A stretch of 64,000 nucleotides of DNA from Entomortierella parvispora E1425. Lineage: Eukaryota; Fungi; Mortierellomycota. Under the pieces are notes generated by a model. It did not search any database. It saw nothing but the letters and a program-made list of their open reading frames with translations, and had not been told where the DNA came from. The number at the start of each line of letters is the position of its first letter. Position 1 is the stretch's first letter. A program made the position numbers and the translations under genes. Shown piece after piece: positions 1-9,557 of this stretch. Location: the NCBI GenBank assembly GCA_020891255.1, contig BQFW01000015.1, positions 2,604,001-2,668,000 on the forward strand, given 5' to 3'.

Positions 1-1154
1 TTGAAATGAGCATCAATTCGATCTCGACAGCCTACTGCGGATCTTGCCCCAACATCCAACGCCACTCGATGCCAGTCTACTGCACTCATTTGTTCGGGAC
101 TGATCTCGGGCCAACACTGCTTTTCTTTGAGTTTTTCATGAGTTCCCTCTGAACCCCCGCTGAGAGGCAGCTCTTCATTGGTCCTGTTGCCTTGATGCAT
201 ATCGGAAGGGCCAGGGTTGGAGGTCGAGCTCAGTTGGATCCCGAGCTGGCTGTAAACTGACTTCATCAGCAGGGTATCCTCCTCGTTGGTCCAAGCGCCC
301 TTGGAGAGGAAGGGTCGAGCTTCGAGTAGTTTAAATCTGATTATACACGAGCTTTGGTTTCGCATCATATCCAGACCCTGTCTTTCCTTGGGGTCACTTA
401 GCATGCGGCTGAGTTCATGTCTCCATCGATCTGGATTTCTCTCCTTCGCTTTCTGGACAAGATCCTTTAAGATGCTGTCCTCCTCTTCTGTCCAGTAAGT
501 GTTGGGTTTCTTGTGTTTCTCTGTTGTAGTTATAACTCGGCCACCTTGCTTACTACCTTGGCTTTCTTCTCCTATTGCAAAAGAAGATACTGTTCTCTTC
601 CTGTCAATGTCATGAGAAGCTGGACGAAGTTGTGCCAATCGCAACATGATGGCGTCCAGCGTTCTGCATGGGAAATGGGTCGTCATCTCCATAGGTGTCG
701 CGCCGGCGTTGTGCATTTCCAAGAGCCTGTCCTTCTCGTCAGAAGTCCACTTTTTGAGAGGGATAGATACCCTGATATTGGAAACTTGGCAGATGACGGC
801 TTTACTTGACCGACCAGGAAAGAATGATATGATGGATCGGATGGTGGGATTCCTTCCGTCCGAGTAGAAATACTTGAGACGATCCAATTCATCTTTTGAC
901 CAGGCCACAGGGGAATTCCTGACTGAACGGGGCTTTCTCTTCTTAGGCTCCGTTGGAGGTGTACTTGGGACCGATGCTTGTGGAGCCATGGTTCCATTCC
1001 CAGCGATTGAGTTGATCAAGCCGCCATGGAAAAGTCGTGATTGCGGTGAAACGCGCATGGCGGTCAATGAGATCACCAGAGTTGATGGTCTGTTGATCAG
1101 TGGCATCCATGAACATGCATTGTGGATGCACTTTGAATGCAACGCAGCGAACAT
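1..1154 (-). CDS. Myb/SANT-repeat protein with presequence-like N-terminus, copy 0 (3' end lies outside the window)
   Basis: Hand translation of the minus strand from ATG at 1154 gives MFAALHSKCIHNACSWMPLINRPSTLVISLTAMRVSPQSRLFHGG...AWSKDELDRLKYFYSDGRNPTIRSIISFFPGRSSKAV..., with no stop seen before base 1. It is missing from the ORF track, presumably because no stop lies in the window. Confidence 0.88.
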   Translation of the reverse strand, partial: MFAALHSKCIHNACSWMPLINRPSTLVISLTAMRVSPQSRLFHGGLINSIAGNGTMAPQASVPSTPPTEPKKRKPRSVRNSPVAWSKDELDRLKYFYSDGRNPTIRSIISFFPGRSSKAVICQVSNIRVSIPLKKWTSDEKDRLLEMHNAGATPMEMTTHFPCRTLDAIMLRLAQLRPASHDIDRKRTVSSFAIGEESQGSKQGGRVITTTEKHKKPNTYWTEEEDSILKDLVQKAKERNPDRWRHELSRMLSDPKERQGLDMMRNQSSCIIRFKLLEARPFLSKGAWTNEEDTLLMKSVYSQLGIQLSSTSNPGPSDMHQGNRTNEELPLSGGSEGTHEKLKEKQCWPEISPEQMSAVDWHRVALDVGARSAVGCRDRIDAHF

Positions 1155-1389
1155 GTCCGATGAATCCTGTCCTCTGCTGTCCTGGCTGTCTTTTTTGGGC
1201 TGATCGTGTTGAGGAAAGAGAGAGAGGTTTTTTTTTTTTTTTTCAATTCCATATCTGTGACTTCGACGAAGCATTCGCTCAGATCGCGTCCTTGCCTCTT
1301 GCCAGAAAATCTACGCATGTCCGTTGCCACTTTTGACAAAACGAGAGAGCTCAAGCCAAGGGAATTGAAGATAGGACATTATTGCTCTT

Positions 1390-2706
1390 TTATTTTCTTC
1401 GGTAAACAAGGCTATTGTATTTTATCAGCACCTGAGATGGTGCCCTTGTGCCTACTACAGTCGCGACCTTTGCCCAGTCTCGTCCATGCAGCCTTAAGCC
1501 CTCCCTCAACCGTTCAATTTCCTCTTTTGTCCACCGTTCCCCCTTTTTGAGCATGAAATGAGAAGTAATTCGCTGTTGGCAGCCTTTTGCGGATCTTGCC
1601 CCAACATCCAACGCCACTCGATGCCAGTCCACTGCTTTCATTTGTTCCGGACTGATCTCGGGCCAACACCGCTTTTCATTGAGTTTTTCGTGAGTTCCCT
1701 CTGAACCCTCGCTGAGTGGCGGCTCTTCATTGGTCCTGTTTCCTTGATACATATTGGAAGGGTCGGGGTTGGAGGTCGAGCTCAGTTGGATCCCGAGCTG
1801 GCTGTAAACTGACTTCATCAGCAGGGTATCCTCCTCGTTGGTCCAAGCGCCCGTGGAGAGAAAGGGTCGACTTTCGAGTATTTTAAATCTGATTATACAC
1901 GAGTTTTGATTTCGCGTCATATCTAGACCCTGTCTTTCCTTGGGGTCACTTAGCATGCGGCTGAGTTCATGTCTCCATCGATCTGGGTTTCTCTCCTTCG
2001 CTTTCTGGACAAGATCCTTTAGGATGCTGTCCTCCTCTTCTGTCCAGTGAGTGTCCCGTTTCTTGTGTTTCTCTGTTGTAGTTATAACTCGGCCACCTTG
2101 CTTACTACCTTGGCTTTCTTCTCCCATAGCAAAAGAAGATACTATTCTCTTCTTGTCAATGTCATGAGCGGCTGGACGAAGTCGTGCCAATCGCAACATG
2201 ATGGCGTCCAGCGTTCTGCATGGGAAATGGGTCGTCATCTCCATAGGTGTCGCGCCGGCGTTGTGCATTTCCAAGAGCCTGTCCTTCTCGTCAGAAGTCC
2301 ACTTTTTGAGAGGGATAGATACCCTGATATTGGAAACTTGGCAGATGACGGCTTTACTTGACCGACCAGGAAAGAATGATATGATGGATCGGATGGTGGG
2401 GTTCCTTCCGTCCGAGTAGAAATATTTGAGACGGTCCAATTCATCTTTTGTCCAGGCCACAGGAGTATTCCTGACTGAACGGGGCTTTCTCTTCTTGGGT
2501 TCCATCGGAGGTACGCTTAGGACCGATGCCTGTGGAGCCATGGTTCCATTCCCAGCGACTGGGTTGATAACGCCAACATGAAGGCGATGCGATTGCGACA
2601 ATACGCGCGAGGACGCCAAGGACGGCATGAGATTCGAGGGATGCTTGACGAATGAAAGTCGAGGCCTCACATCAGGCAGGCATCGTGAGCACAATGCAGC
2701 CAACAT
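1390..2706 (-). CDS. Myb/SANT-repeat protein (5 repeats), copy 1, 438 aa
   Basis: Intronless ORF. Repeats start WTKDELDRL, WTSDEKDRL, WTEEEDSIL, WTNEEDTLL and WTKEEIERL...DWAKVATVVGTR, the classic W-T/S-x-E-E-D Myb helix-1 signature. Confidence 0.92.
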   Translation of the reverse strand: MLAALCSRCLPDVRPRLSFVKHPSNLMPSLASSRVLSQSHRLHVGVINPVAGNGTMAPQASVLSVPPMEPKKRKPRSVRNTPVAWTKDELDRLKYFYSDGRNPTIRSIISFFPGRSSKAVICQVSNIRVSIPLKKWTSDEKDRLLEMHNAGATPMEMTTHFPCRTLDAIMLRLARLRPAAHDIDKKRIVSSFAMGEESQGSKQGGRVITTTEKHKKRDTHWTEEEDSILKDLVQKAKERNPDRWRHELSRMLSDPKERQGLDMTRNQNSCIIRFKILESRPFLSTGAWTNEEDTLLMKSVYSQLGIQLSSTSNPDPSNMYQGNRTNEEPPLSEGSEGTHEKLNEKRCWPEISPEQMKAVDWHRVALDVGARSAKGCQQRITSHFMLKKGERWTKEEIERLREGLRLHGRDWAKVATVVGTRAPSQVLIKYNSLVYRRK

Positions 2707-2769
2707 GGTTGGAGATTGACGAAATGTCCTGGAGGTGGATGTCCTGATTGTCCTGATTGTCCTGCAGGA

Positions 2770-2870
2770 AAGATGCAGTTTCGGCGGAATTTTTGACGCG
2801 TGAAATTTTTGTCATCCGCGGTGGCTTTGATGCCGAACCGCGTCTGACATTCTAAGAGACCATGTCCTTA
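2770..2870 (-). promoter_or_regulatory. Conserved upstream module of the Myb genes containing ACGCGT (MCB-like)
   Basis: ACGCGT at 2796-2801, 90 bp upstream of ATG 2706. The flanking block GATGCAGTTT...ACGCGTGAAATTTTT...GTGGCTTTGATG...CGCGTCTG-CATTC-AAGAGA recurs upstream of other copies. Confidence 0.5.
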
Positions 2871-3010
2871 TTGCAATCCACGTCTGTCGGTCAATGCAGA
2901 TCCAGTCCGGATCGCATTGCCCGCTTCTTCATATCAGAACAGCTATACACGTCAATTATCTGAGATCGGCAAAGAAGAGAGAGGTCAATTAAAGGGACAG
3001 CGTGTTTTTA

Positions 3011-4342
3011 TTATATGTTCCTCTTTCGGAGAGTGTAATCGTACTTTGGTTTCACTTGAGACGCTGCCTTTGTACCTACAACAGTGGCCACCTTTGCCCA
3101 ATCTCGTCCATACAGCCTCAAACCCTCCCTCATTCTCTCAACTTCTTCTTTTGTCCACCGTTCCCCTTTCTTGAGCTTTAAATGGGAATCAATTCGATAT
3201 CGACAGCTATTGGCGGTTCTTGTTCCGATATCCAACGCTACTCGATGCCAATCCACTGCTTTCAATTGTTCCAAGTCAATTTCAGGCCAGCGCTCCTTTT
3301 CCCTGCGTTTTTTCAATGCTGCTTTTGAATCTTCCCTCAGTGATGGTCTGTCATCCGTCTGCTCTTGCTGAGCAGTATTTGAATGAAGTTTCGAAGGCGA
3401 GTCCAACTGGATCCCAAGCTGGCTGTATACCGATTTCCTGAGCATGATATCTTCACTTGCAGTCCACCGGCTCTTGGAGATGAATGGCTGTTTTTGGAGG
3501 CGTTCTAATCTCCCGATACACGATTTCTGGGTTCGCGTCATAGCCAGACCCTGTCTTTCCACGGGGTCACATAGCATGAGGCTCAGTTCATAGCTCCACC
3601 GATCTAGATTCCTCTCCTTGGCTTTTTGGACAAGGCGCTCTAGGACGCTGTCCTCCTCTTCTGTCCAGTAAGTCACGGGCTTTCTGAGCCTCTCTGTTGT
3701 AATTATAGCTCCGTCACCTTGCTTACTACCATGATCATCTCCTCCGTTTTCATCCCCCAATACTAAAGGCGATATCATTCTCCTCCTGTCGATGTGATAA
3801 GAAGCTGGACGGAGTCGATTCAATTGTTCCGTGATGGACAGCTGGGTTCTGCCTGGGAAATGAGTCGTAATCTCTAGAGGAGTTGCCACGCCAGCGTTGT
3901 AGAGTTCCAAGAGTCGATCTTTATCTTCAGGACTCCAGTTCTTGCGAGGGATAGGTGTCCTGATCTTGCGAATTTGACTGGCGACTACGTTCCTTGACCG
4001 ACCAGGAAAGAGTGATGAGATTGATTGGATTGTGGGATTCTTTCCGTCTGAATAGAGGTATTTGAGACGGTCCAATTCATCCTTTGTCCAGGGCACACGA
4101 GTCCTTTTGGTTGAAGTTGCCTTTCCCTTGTCAGCGTCAGACTCAGGTGCGGGCGAGACGGAGTCTTGTGGAATCAAAGCTTGATGCTTGGCGAATGAGT
4201 TGGTGAAGCTGACATGGAAAAGTCGCGATTGTGGTGAAAGACGCATGGTTGTCCATGAGACTGCAAATGTTGATGGTCTGTTGATCAATGGCATCCATGA
4301 ACACGCTTTGTGGATGCATCTTGAATGCAACGCAGCTGACAT
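3011..4342 (-). CDS. Myb/SANT-repeat protein, copy 2, about 443 aa
   Basis: ORF 3011..4471. The likely start is MSAALHSRC at 4342, homologous to the other copies; the upstream poly-K comes from a poly(A) tract. Five Myb repeats. Confidence 0.9.
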   Translation of the reverse strand: MSAALHSRCIHKACSWMPLINRPSTFAVSWTTMRLSPQSRLFHVSFTNSFAKHQALIPQDSVSPAPESDADKGKATSTKRTRVPWTKDELDRLKYLYSDGKNPTIQSISSLFPGRSRNVVASQIRKIRTPIPRKNWSPEDKDRLLELYNAGVATPLEITTHFPGRTQLSITEQLNRLRPASYHIDRRRMISPLVLGDENGGDDHGSKQGDGAIITTERLRKPVTYWTEEEDSVLERLVQKAKERNLDRWSYELSLMLCDPVERQGLAMTRTQKSCIGRLERLQKQPFISKSRWTASEDIMLRKSVYSQLGIQLDSPSKLHSNTAQQEQTDDRPSLREDSKAALKKRREKERWPEIDLEQLKAVDWHRVALDIGTRTANSCRYRIDSHLKLKKGERWTKEEVERMREGLRLYGRDWAKVATVVGTKAASQVKPKYDYTLRKRNI

Positions 4343-4590
4343 GGCCGATGAATCCTGTCCTTTGTTGTCCCGATTGTCCTGATCGTGCTGATTGTTCGGC
4401 AGGAAAGAGAGAGAAGGGGTTTTTTTTTTTTTTTTTTTTTTAATTCCCAAGTCTGTGACTTTGACGCACATTCGCGTTTGTGGGTCAAGGCATATCGAGC
4501 CTGGATTGCGTCGCCATGGCTCTTTTTCTCTTATCAGAAAATCTACTCATGTCTGTTGTAAGACTCGACAAAGCGAGTGAGGTTGCCTTT

Positions 4591-5919
4591 TTATTGTTTT
4601 TGTTTTTGTTTTTGACGAGTAAGCCCATTATATTTTATCAGCACCTGAGATGGTGCCCTTGTGCCTACTACGGTCGCGACCTTTGCCCAGTCTCGTCCAT
4701 ACAGCCTCAAACCCTCCCTCATCCTCTTAACTTCTTCTTTTGTCCAGTGTTTCCCCTTTTTGAGCATGAAATGGGAATTAATTCGTTCTCGACAGCCTGC
4801 TGCGGATCTTGCCCCAACATCCAACGCCACTCGATGCCAGTCTACTGCACTCATTTGTTCCGGATTGATCTCCGGCCAACACTGCTTTTCTTTGAGTTTT
4901 TCGTGAGTTCCCTCTGAACCCTCGCTGAGTGGCGGCTCTTCACTGGCCCTGTTTCCTTGATACATTTTGGAAGGGCCAGAGTTGGAGGTCGAGCTCAGCT
5001 GGATCCCGAGCTGGCTGTAAACTGACTTCATCAGCAGGGTATCCTCCTCGTTGGTCCAAGCACCCTTGGAGAGGAAGGGTCGAGCTTCGAGTAGTTCAAA
5101 TCTGATTATACACGAGCTTTGGCTTCGAGTCGTTGCCAGACCCTGTCTTTCCTTGGGGTCACTTATAATGCGGCTGAGTTCATGTCTCCATCGATCTGGA
5201 TTTTTCTCCTTTGCTTTCCGAACAAGACGCTTTAGGATGCTGTCCTCCTCTTCTGTCCAGTAAGTGTTGGGTTTCTTGTGTTTCTCTGTTGTAGTTATAA
5301 CTCGGCCACCTTGCTTACTACCTTGGCTTTCTTCTCCTATTGCAAAAGAAGATACTGTTCTCTTCCTGTCAATGTCATGAGAAGCTGGACGAAGTTGTGC
5401 CAATCGCAACATGATGGCGTCCAGCGTTCTGCATAGGAAATGGGTCGTCATCTCCAGAGGTGTCACGCCGGCGTTGTGCATTTCCAAGAGTCCGTCCTTC
5501 TCGTCAGAAGTCCACTTTTTGAGAGGGATAGATATCCCGATCTTGGAAACTTGGCAGGTGACGGCTTTACTTGACCGACCAGGAAAGAATGGCATGATGG
5601 ATTGGATTTTGGGATTCTTTCCGTCCGAATAAAGGTATTTGAGACGATCCAACTCATCCTTTGACCAATGCACAGAAGTCTTTTTGATTGGAATTGTTGT
5701 TCCCTTGTTAGCCTCAGACTCGTGTGTGGTTGAGACGGATCCTTGTAGAGCCAAGGTTCCATTCCATGCAACTGGGTTGATCACGCCAACATGAAGGCGA
5801 TGCGATTGCCACAAAACACGCGAGGAAGCCAAGGACGGCATGAGATTCGAAGGATGCTCGACGAATGAAAGTCGAGGCCTCACATCACGCAAGCATCGTG
5901 AACACAATGCAGCCAACAT
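4591..5919 (-). CDS. Myb/SANT-repeat protein, copy 3, about 442 aa
   Basis: ORF 4591..5961; start MLAALCSRCL at 5919 by homology; five Myb repeats. Confidence 0.9.
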   Translation of the reverse strand: MLAALCSRCLRDVRPRLSFVEHPSNLMPSLASSRVLWQSHRLHVGVINPVAWNGTLALQGSVSTTHESEANKGTTIPIKKTSVHWSKDELDRLKYLYSDGKNPKIQSIMPFFPGRSSKAVTCQVSKIGISIPLKKWTSDEKDGLLEMHNAGVTPLEMTTHFLCRTLDAIMLRLAQLRPASHDIDRKRTVSSFAIGEESQGSKQGGRVITTTEKHKKPNTYWTEEEDSILKRLVRKAKEKNPDRWRHELSRIISDPKERQGLATTRSQSSCIIRFELLEARPFLSKGAWTNEEDTLLMKSVYSQLGIQLSSTSNSGPSKMYQGNRASEEPPLSEGSEGTHEKLKEKQCWPEINPEQMSAVDWHRVALDVGARSAAGCRERINSHFMLKKGKHWTKEEVKRMREGLRLYGRDWAKVATVVGTRAPSQVLIKYNGLTRQKQKQKQ

Positions 5920-5984
5920 GGTCGAGGATTGACGAAATGTCCTGGAGATGGATGTCCTCATTGTCCTGAATGTCCTGCAGGAAA

Positions 5985-6080
5985 GATGCAGTTTCGGTGG
6001 AATTTTTAACGCGTGAAATTTTTATCATCCGCGGTGGCTTTGATGCAGAGACGCGTCTGTCATTCAAGAGATCGTGTCCT
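5985..6080 (-). promoter_or_regulatory. Conserved upstream module with ACGCGT (x2)
   Basis: ACGCGT at 6009-6014 (90 bp upstream of ATG 5919) and at 6051-6056; same flanking block as 2770-2870. Confidence 0.5.
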
Positions 6081-6109
6081 TTCTTTCTTTTTCATTTTCG
6101 CCTGGTCAA

Positions 6110-6480
6110 CGAGGGTTGTTTACGTTGTAGCGACAAGAACTGGCGTCTTTGCACCCACTGCAGCTACATCCTTTGCCCAATCAAATCCACTCTTCCCAAG
6201 GCCTTCCTTCAGCTTTTCAACCTCATCTGTAATCCAGTGTTTCCCTTTCTATGGAATTAATTGTTACAACTGTCTTCAGCTCTAGTCCCAACACCCAACG
6301 CCACTCAACGCCAGTCCACTCATTGCTTTCAATTGCTCCAAGTCGATCTCGGGCCGGCGCCCCTTTTCCTCGTGCTTCTTTGATGATGCTCTTGAATCTC
6401 CCCACAGGGGCGATCCATTATCAGTCTGGTCTGATGACCAGCATTTGGATGAAGTTTGGAAGGCGAATAGAACTGGCCAC
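6110..6480 (-). pseudogene. Decayed C-terminal fragment of a Myb-array gene
   Basis: The minus strand reads EEKGRRPEIDLEQLKA (cf. KERWPEIDLEQLKAVDW) and then shifts frame. Downstream it reads WITDEVEKLKEGLGKSGFDWAKDVAAVGAKTP (cf. repeat 5). No N-terminal half is present. Confidence 0.75.
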
Positions 6481-6645
6481 CAAGCGACTGTACTGTACAC
6501 TGGTCACCACAGGAGAGAGAGAAATCAAAAACTCCTTTCTTTTTTTTATCTACGCAAACTCACGTCTGTCGGTGAAGGCAGATCGAATCCGAATCGCATT
6601 GCCATTGCGCTTCTTCGTATCAGAACAGTTATGCATGTCAATTAT

Positions 6646-8043
6646 CTAGGATTGGCAAAGAAGAGAGATGTCAAAGGAAATGTACGATTGGACTTTTTTT
6701 TTTTTTTTTTTGTTTATATACCTCATTTGGCAAATAAGCCTATGGTATTTTGCTTCTACTTGGGATGGTGTCCTTGTCAGTACTGCAGCTGCAACCTTTA
6801 CCCAGTCTCGTCCATACAGCCTCAAACCCTCCCTCATCCTCTTAACTTCTTCTTTTGTCCAGTGTTTCCCCTTTTTGAGCATGAAATGGGAATCAATTCG
6901 CTGTTGGCAGCCTTTTGCGGATCTTGCCCCAACATCCAATGCCTTTCGATGCCAGTCCACTGCTTTCATTTGTTCCGGACTGATTTCTGGCCAACACTGC
7001 TTTTCATTGAGTTTTTCGTGGGTTCCCTCTGAACCCTCGCTGAGTTGCAGCTCTTCATTGGTCCTGTTTCCTTGATACATATCGGAAGGGCCAGGGTTGG
7101 AGGTCGAGCTCAGTTGGATCCCGAGCTGGCTGTAAACTGACTTCATCAGCAGGGTATCCTCCTCGTTGGTCCAAGCACCCTTGGAGAGGAAGGGTCGAGC
7201 TTCGAGTAGTTCAAATCTGATTATACACGAGCTTTGGCTTCGAGTCGTTGCCAGACCCTGTCTTTCCTTGGGGTCACTTATAATGCGGCTGAGTTCATGT
7301 CTCCATCGATCTGGATTTTTCTCCTTTGCTTTCCGAACAAGACGCTTTAGGATGCTGTCCTCCTCTTCTGTCCAGTAAGTCCAGGGTTTCGTGTGTCTCT
7401 CTGTTGTAGTTATAACTCGGTCACCTTGCCTATCACCATGGCTTTCTTCTCCCATTGCAAAAGAGGATACTATTTTCTTACTGTCAATGACATAAGAGGC
7501 TGGACTAAGTCGTGCCAATCGTGACAGGATGGAATCCTGCGTTCTGCCTGGGAGGTCTTTCAGCATCTCTAGAGGCGTCGCGCCGGCGTTGTGCATTTCC
7601 AAGAGTCGATTATCCTCCTCAGTGCCCCACGGTTTGCGAGCAGTAGGCACCTTGAACTTGCGAATTTGAAAGGCGACTGCGTCTCTTGACCGACCAGGAA
7701 AGAATGGTGTGATAGATAGGATTGTGGGATTCTTTCCGTCCGAATAAAGGTATTTGAGACGATCCAGCTCATCCTTTGACCAGAAGGTATGGGTGTTTTT
7801 GGTTTTAGATGCCATTCTATCTTGGGCGTCTGACTCTGGCGTGGTCGAGACAGTTGAGACGGATTCTTGCGGAGCCAAGGTCCCATTCCGTGCAACTGGG
7901 TTGATCACACCGACCTGAAGGCGACACGATTGCGACAAGACGCGCGAGGAAGCCAAGGACGGCATGAGATTCGAAGGTTGCTTGTGGAATGGAAGTCGAG
8001 AACGTACATCACGGAAGCATTGTGAACACAATGCAGCCAACAT
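6646..8043 (-). CDS. Myb/SANT-repeat protein, copy 4, 465 aa
   Basis: Intronless ORF with the same architecture. The C-terminal KKKKKK tail comes from read-through into a poly(A) tract. Confidence 0.9.
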   Translation of the reverse strand: MLAALCSQCFRDVRSRLPFHKQPSNLMPSLASSRVLSQSCRLQVGVINPVARNGTLAPQESVSTVSTTPESDAQDRMASKTKNTHTFWSKDELDRLKYLYSDGKNPTILSITPFFPGRSRDAVAFQIRKFKVPTARKPWGTEEDNRLLEMHNAGATPLEMLKDLPGRTQDSILSRLARLSPASYVIDSKKIVSSFAMGEESHGDRQGDRVITTTERHTKPWTYWTEEEDSILKRLVRKAKEKNPDRWRHELSRIISDPKERQGLATTRSQSSCIIRFELLEARPFLSKGAWTNEEDTLLMKSVYSQLGIQLSSTSNPGPSDMYQGNRTNEELQLSEGSEGTHEKLNEKQCWPEISPEQMKAVDWHRKALDVGARSAKGCQQRIDSHFMLKKGKHWTKEEVKRMREGLRLYGRDWVKVAAAVLTRTPSQVEAKYHRLICQMRYINKKKKKKVQSYISFDISLLCQS

Positions 8044-8216
8044 GGTCGAGGATTGACGAAATGTCCTGAAGTGGATGTCCTGATTGCACTGGGTGTCCCG
8101 ATCGATGGTCTAGCTGGAGAGATGCACTTTGAGCGAAAATTGACACGCGAAATCGACACATCGATCGCGCGTGGCTTAGATCAGAGCCGCGTCTGTCATT
8201 CAAGAGACCATGTCCT

Positions 8217-9557
8217 TTATTTCTTTTCCTTGTTCGCCTTGTAAACCTGGTATCTGTACTTTGAAGCGCACTGAGCTGATGTCTTTGTTCCCACTACAGT
8301 TGCGACCTTTGCGTAGTCTCGTCCGTACTGCCTAAGGCCGTCCTTCAGCTTTTCAACTTCTTCTTTTGTCCAGTGTTCCCCCTTCTTGAGTTTGAAATGA
8401 GAAGCAATTCGATCTCGACAGCCTGCTGCGGATCTTGCCCCAACATCCAACACTACTCGACGCCAGTCCACCGCTTTCAGTTGTTCCCAGCTGATCTCAG
8501 GCCAGCGCTCCATTTCCTGGTATTTGTTTAACGACGCCTTTGAACCTCGCCTCATTGATGATCCGGAATCAGTCTGCACTGTCTGAGTAGTATCTGGATG
8601 TGGTTTGGAATGCGAGTCCAACTGGATCCCAAGCTGGCTACATACTGAGTTCCTCAGTAAGCTATCCTCATATGCAGTCCAAGGGCTCTTGGAGACAAAT
8701 GGCTTTTTTTCGAGGAGTTCTAATCTCGCCATACACGCTTTGTGGGTGCGCACCATAGCTAGACCCTGTCTCTCCATGGGGTCACTGAGCATGAGGCTGA
8801 GTTCATGGCTCCATCGATCAGGATTTCTCTCCTTGGCTCTCTGGACAAGACGCTTTAGGATGCCATCCTCTTCTTCAGTCCAAAAAGTCCTGGGCTTCTT
8901 GAGTTCTTCTGAGGTGACAATAGCCCCCTGGTTCTTCGTGCTACTGTGGTCGTTGACTCCATGATTTTCTTTTCCCAAGACATAATGGGACACCATCCTC
9001 TTCCTGTCGGAGAAATAGGATCGCGGACGAAGGCGGCTCAGTTGACTAATGACGGATTCCTGGGTCCTGCCTGGAAAGTGATTCAACATCTCTATAGTTG
9101 TTTCGCCGGCGTTATAGAGTTCCACGAGTCGAGCTTTCTCGTCCGGGCTCCATTTCTTGCGAGGAATAGGTGCTCTTAGCTTGGAAAGTTGAATGGCGAG
9201 AGCCTTCCTAGATCGTCCGGGAAAGAAGGATGTGATAGATTGGATTGTTGGATTTTTTCCGCCCGAATAGAGATGTTGGAGTCGATCCAGCTCATTCTTT
9301 GACCAGGGCACACGAGTCTCTTTAGGCGGACTTTCCGTCTCCTCTATTGCTTCATGCTGAGGCATGGTAGAGGCCATGCTCTTTGAAGTCAAGGATCGGT
9401 TTCGGGTGAATGACCTGATCAAGCCGGCATGGAAACGTCGTGGTTGTGACAATGCGCGCGAGGGTGCTAATGGAGCCTTTAGATTGAAAGGCCGCCTGAC
9501 GAATGAAAGCCGAGAACGCACATCACGGAGGCATCGTGAACATGATGCAGCCAGCAT
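8217..9557 (-). CDS. Myb/SANT-repeat protein, copy 5, 446 aa
   Basis: Intronless ORF; MLAASCSRCL...QPRRFHAG leader; five Myb repeats. Confidence 0.9.
   Translation of the reverse strand: MLAASCSRCLRDVRSRLSFVRRPFNLKAPLAPSRALSQPRRFHAGLIRSFTRNRSLTSKSMASTMPQHEAIEETESPPKETRVPWSKNELDRLQHLYSGGKNPTIQSITSFFPGRSRKALAIQLSKLRAPIPRKKWSPDEKARLVELYNAGETTIEMLNHFPGRTQESVISQLSRLRPRSYFSDRKRMVSHYVLGKENHGVNDHSSTKNQGAIVTSEELKKPRTFWTEEEDGILKRLVQRAKERNPDRWSHELSLMLSDPMERQGLAMVRTHKACMARLELLEKKPFVSKSPWTAYEDSLLRNSVCSQLGIQLDSHSKPHPDTTQTVQTDSGSSMRRGSKASLNKYQEMERWPEISWEQLKAVDWRRVVLDVGARSAAGCRDRIASHFKLKKGEHWTKEEVEKLKDGLRQYGRDYAKVATVVGTKTSAQCASKYRYQVYKANKEKK

Noticed and set aside
286-8964. Many repeated plus-strand ORFs (e.g. 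MVQAPLERKG..., MMASSVLH...)
   Set aside because: They are antisense shadows of the Myb-array genes; they recur only because the underlying genes are duplicated.
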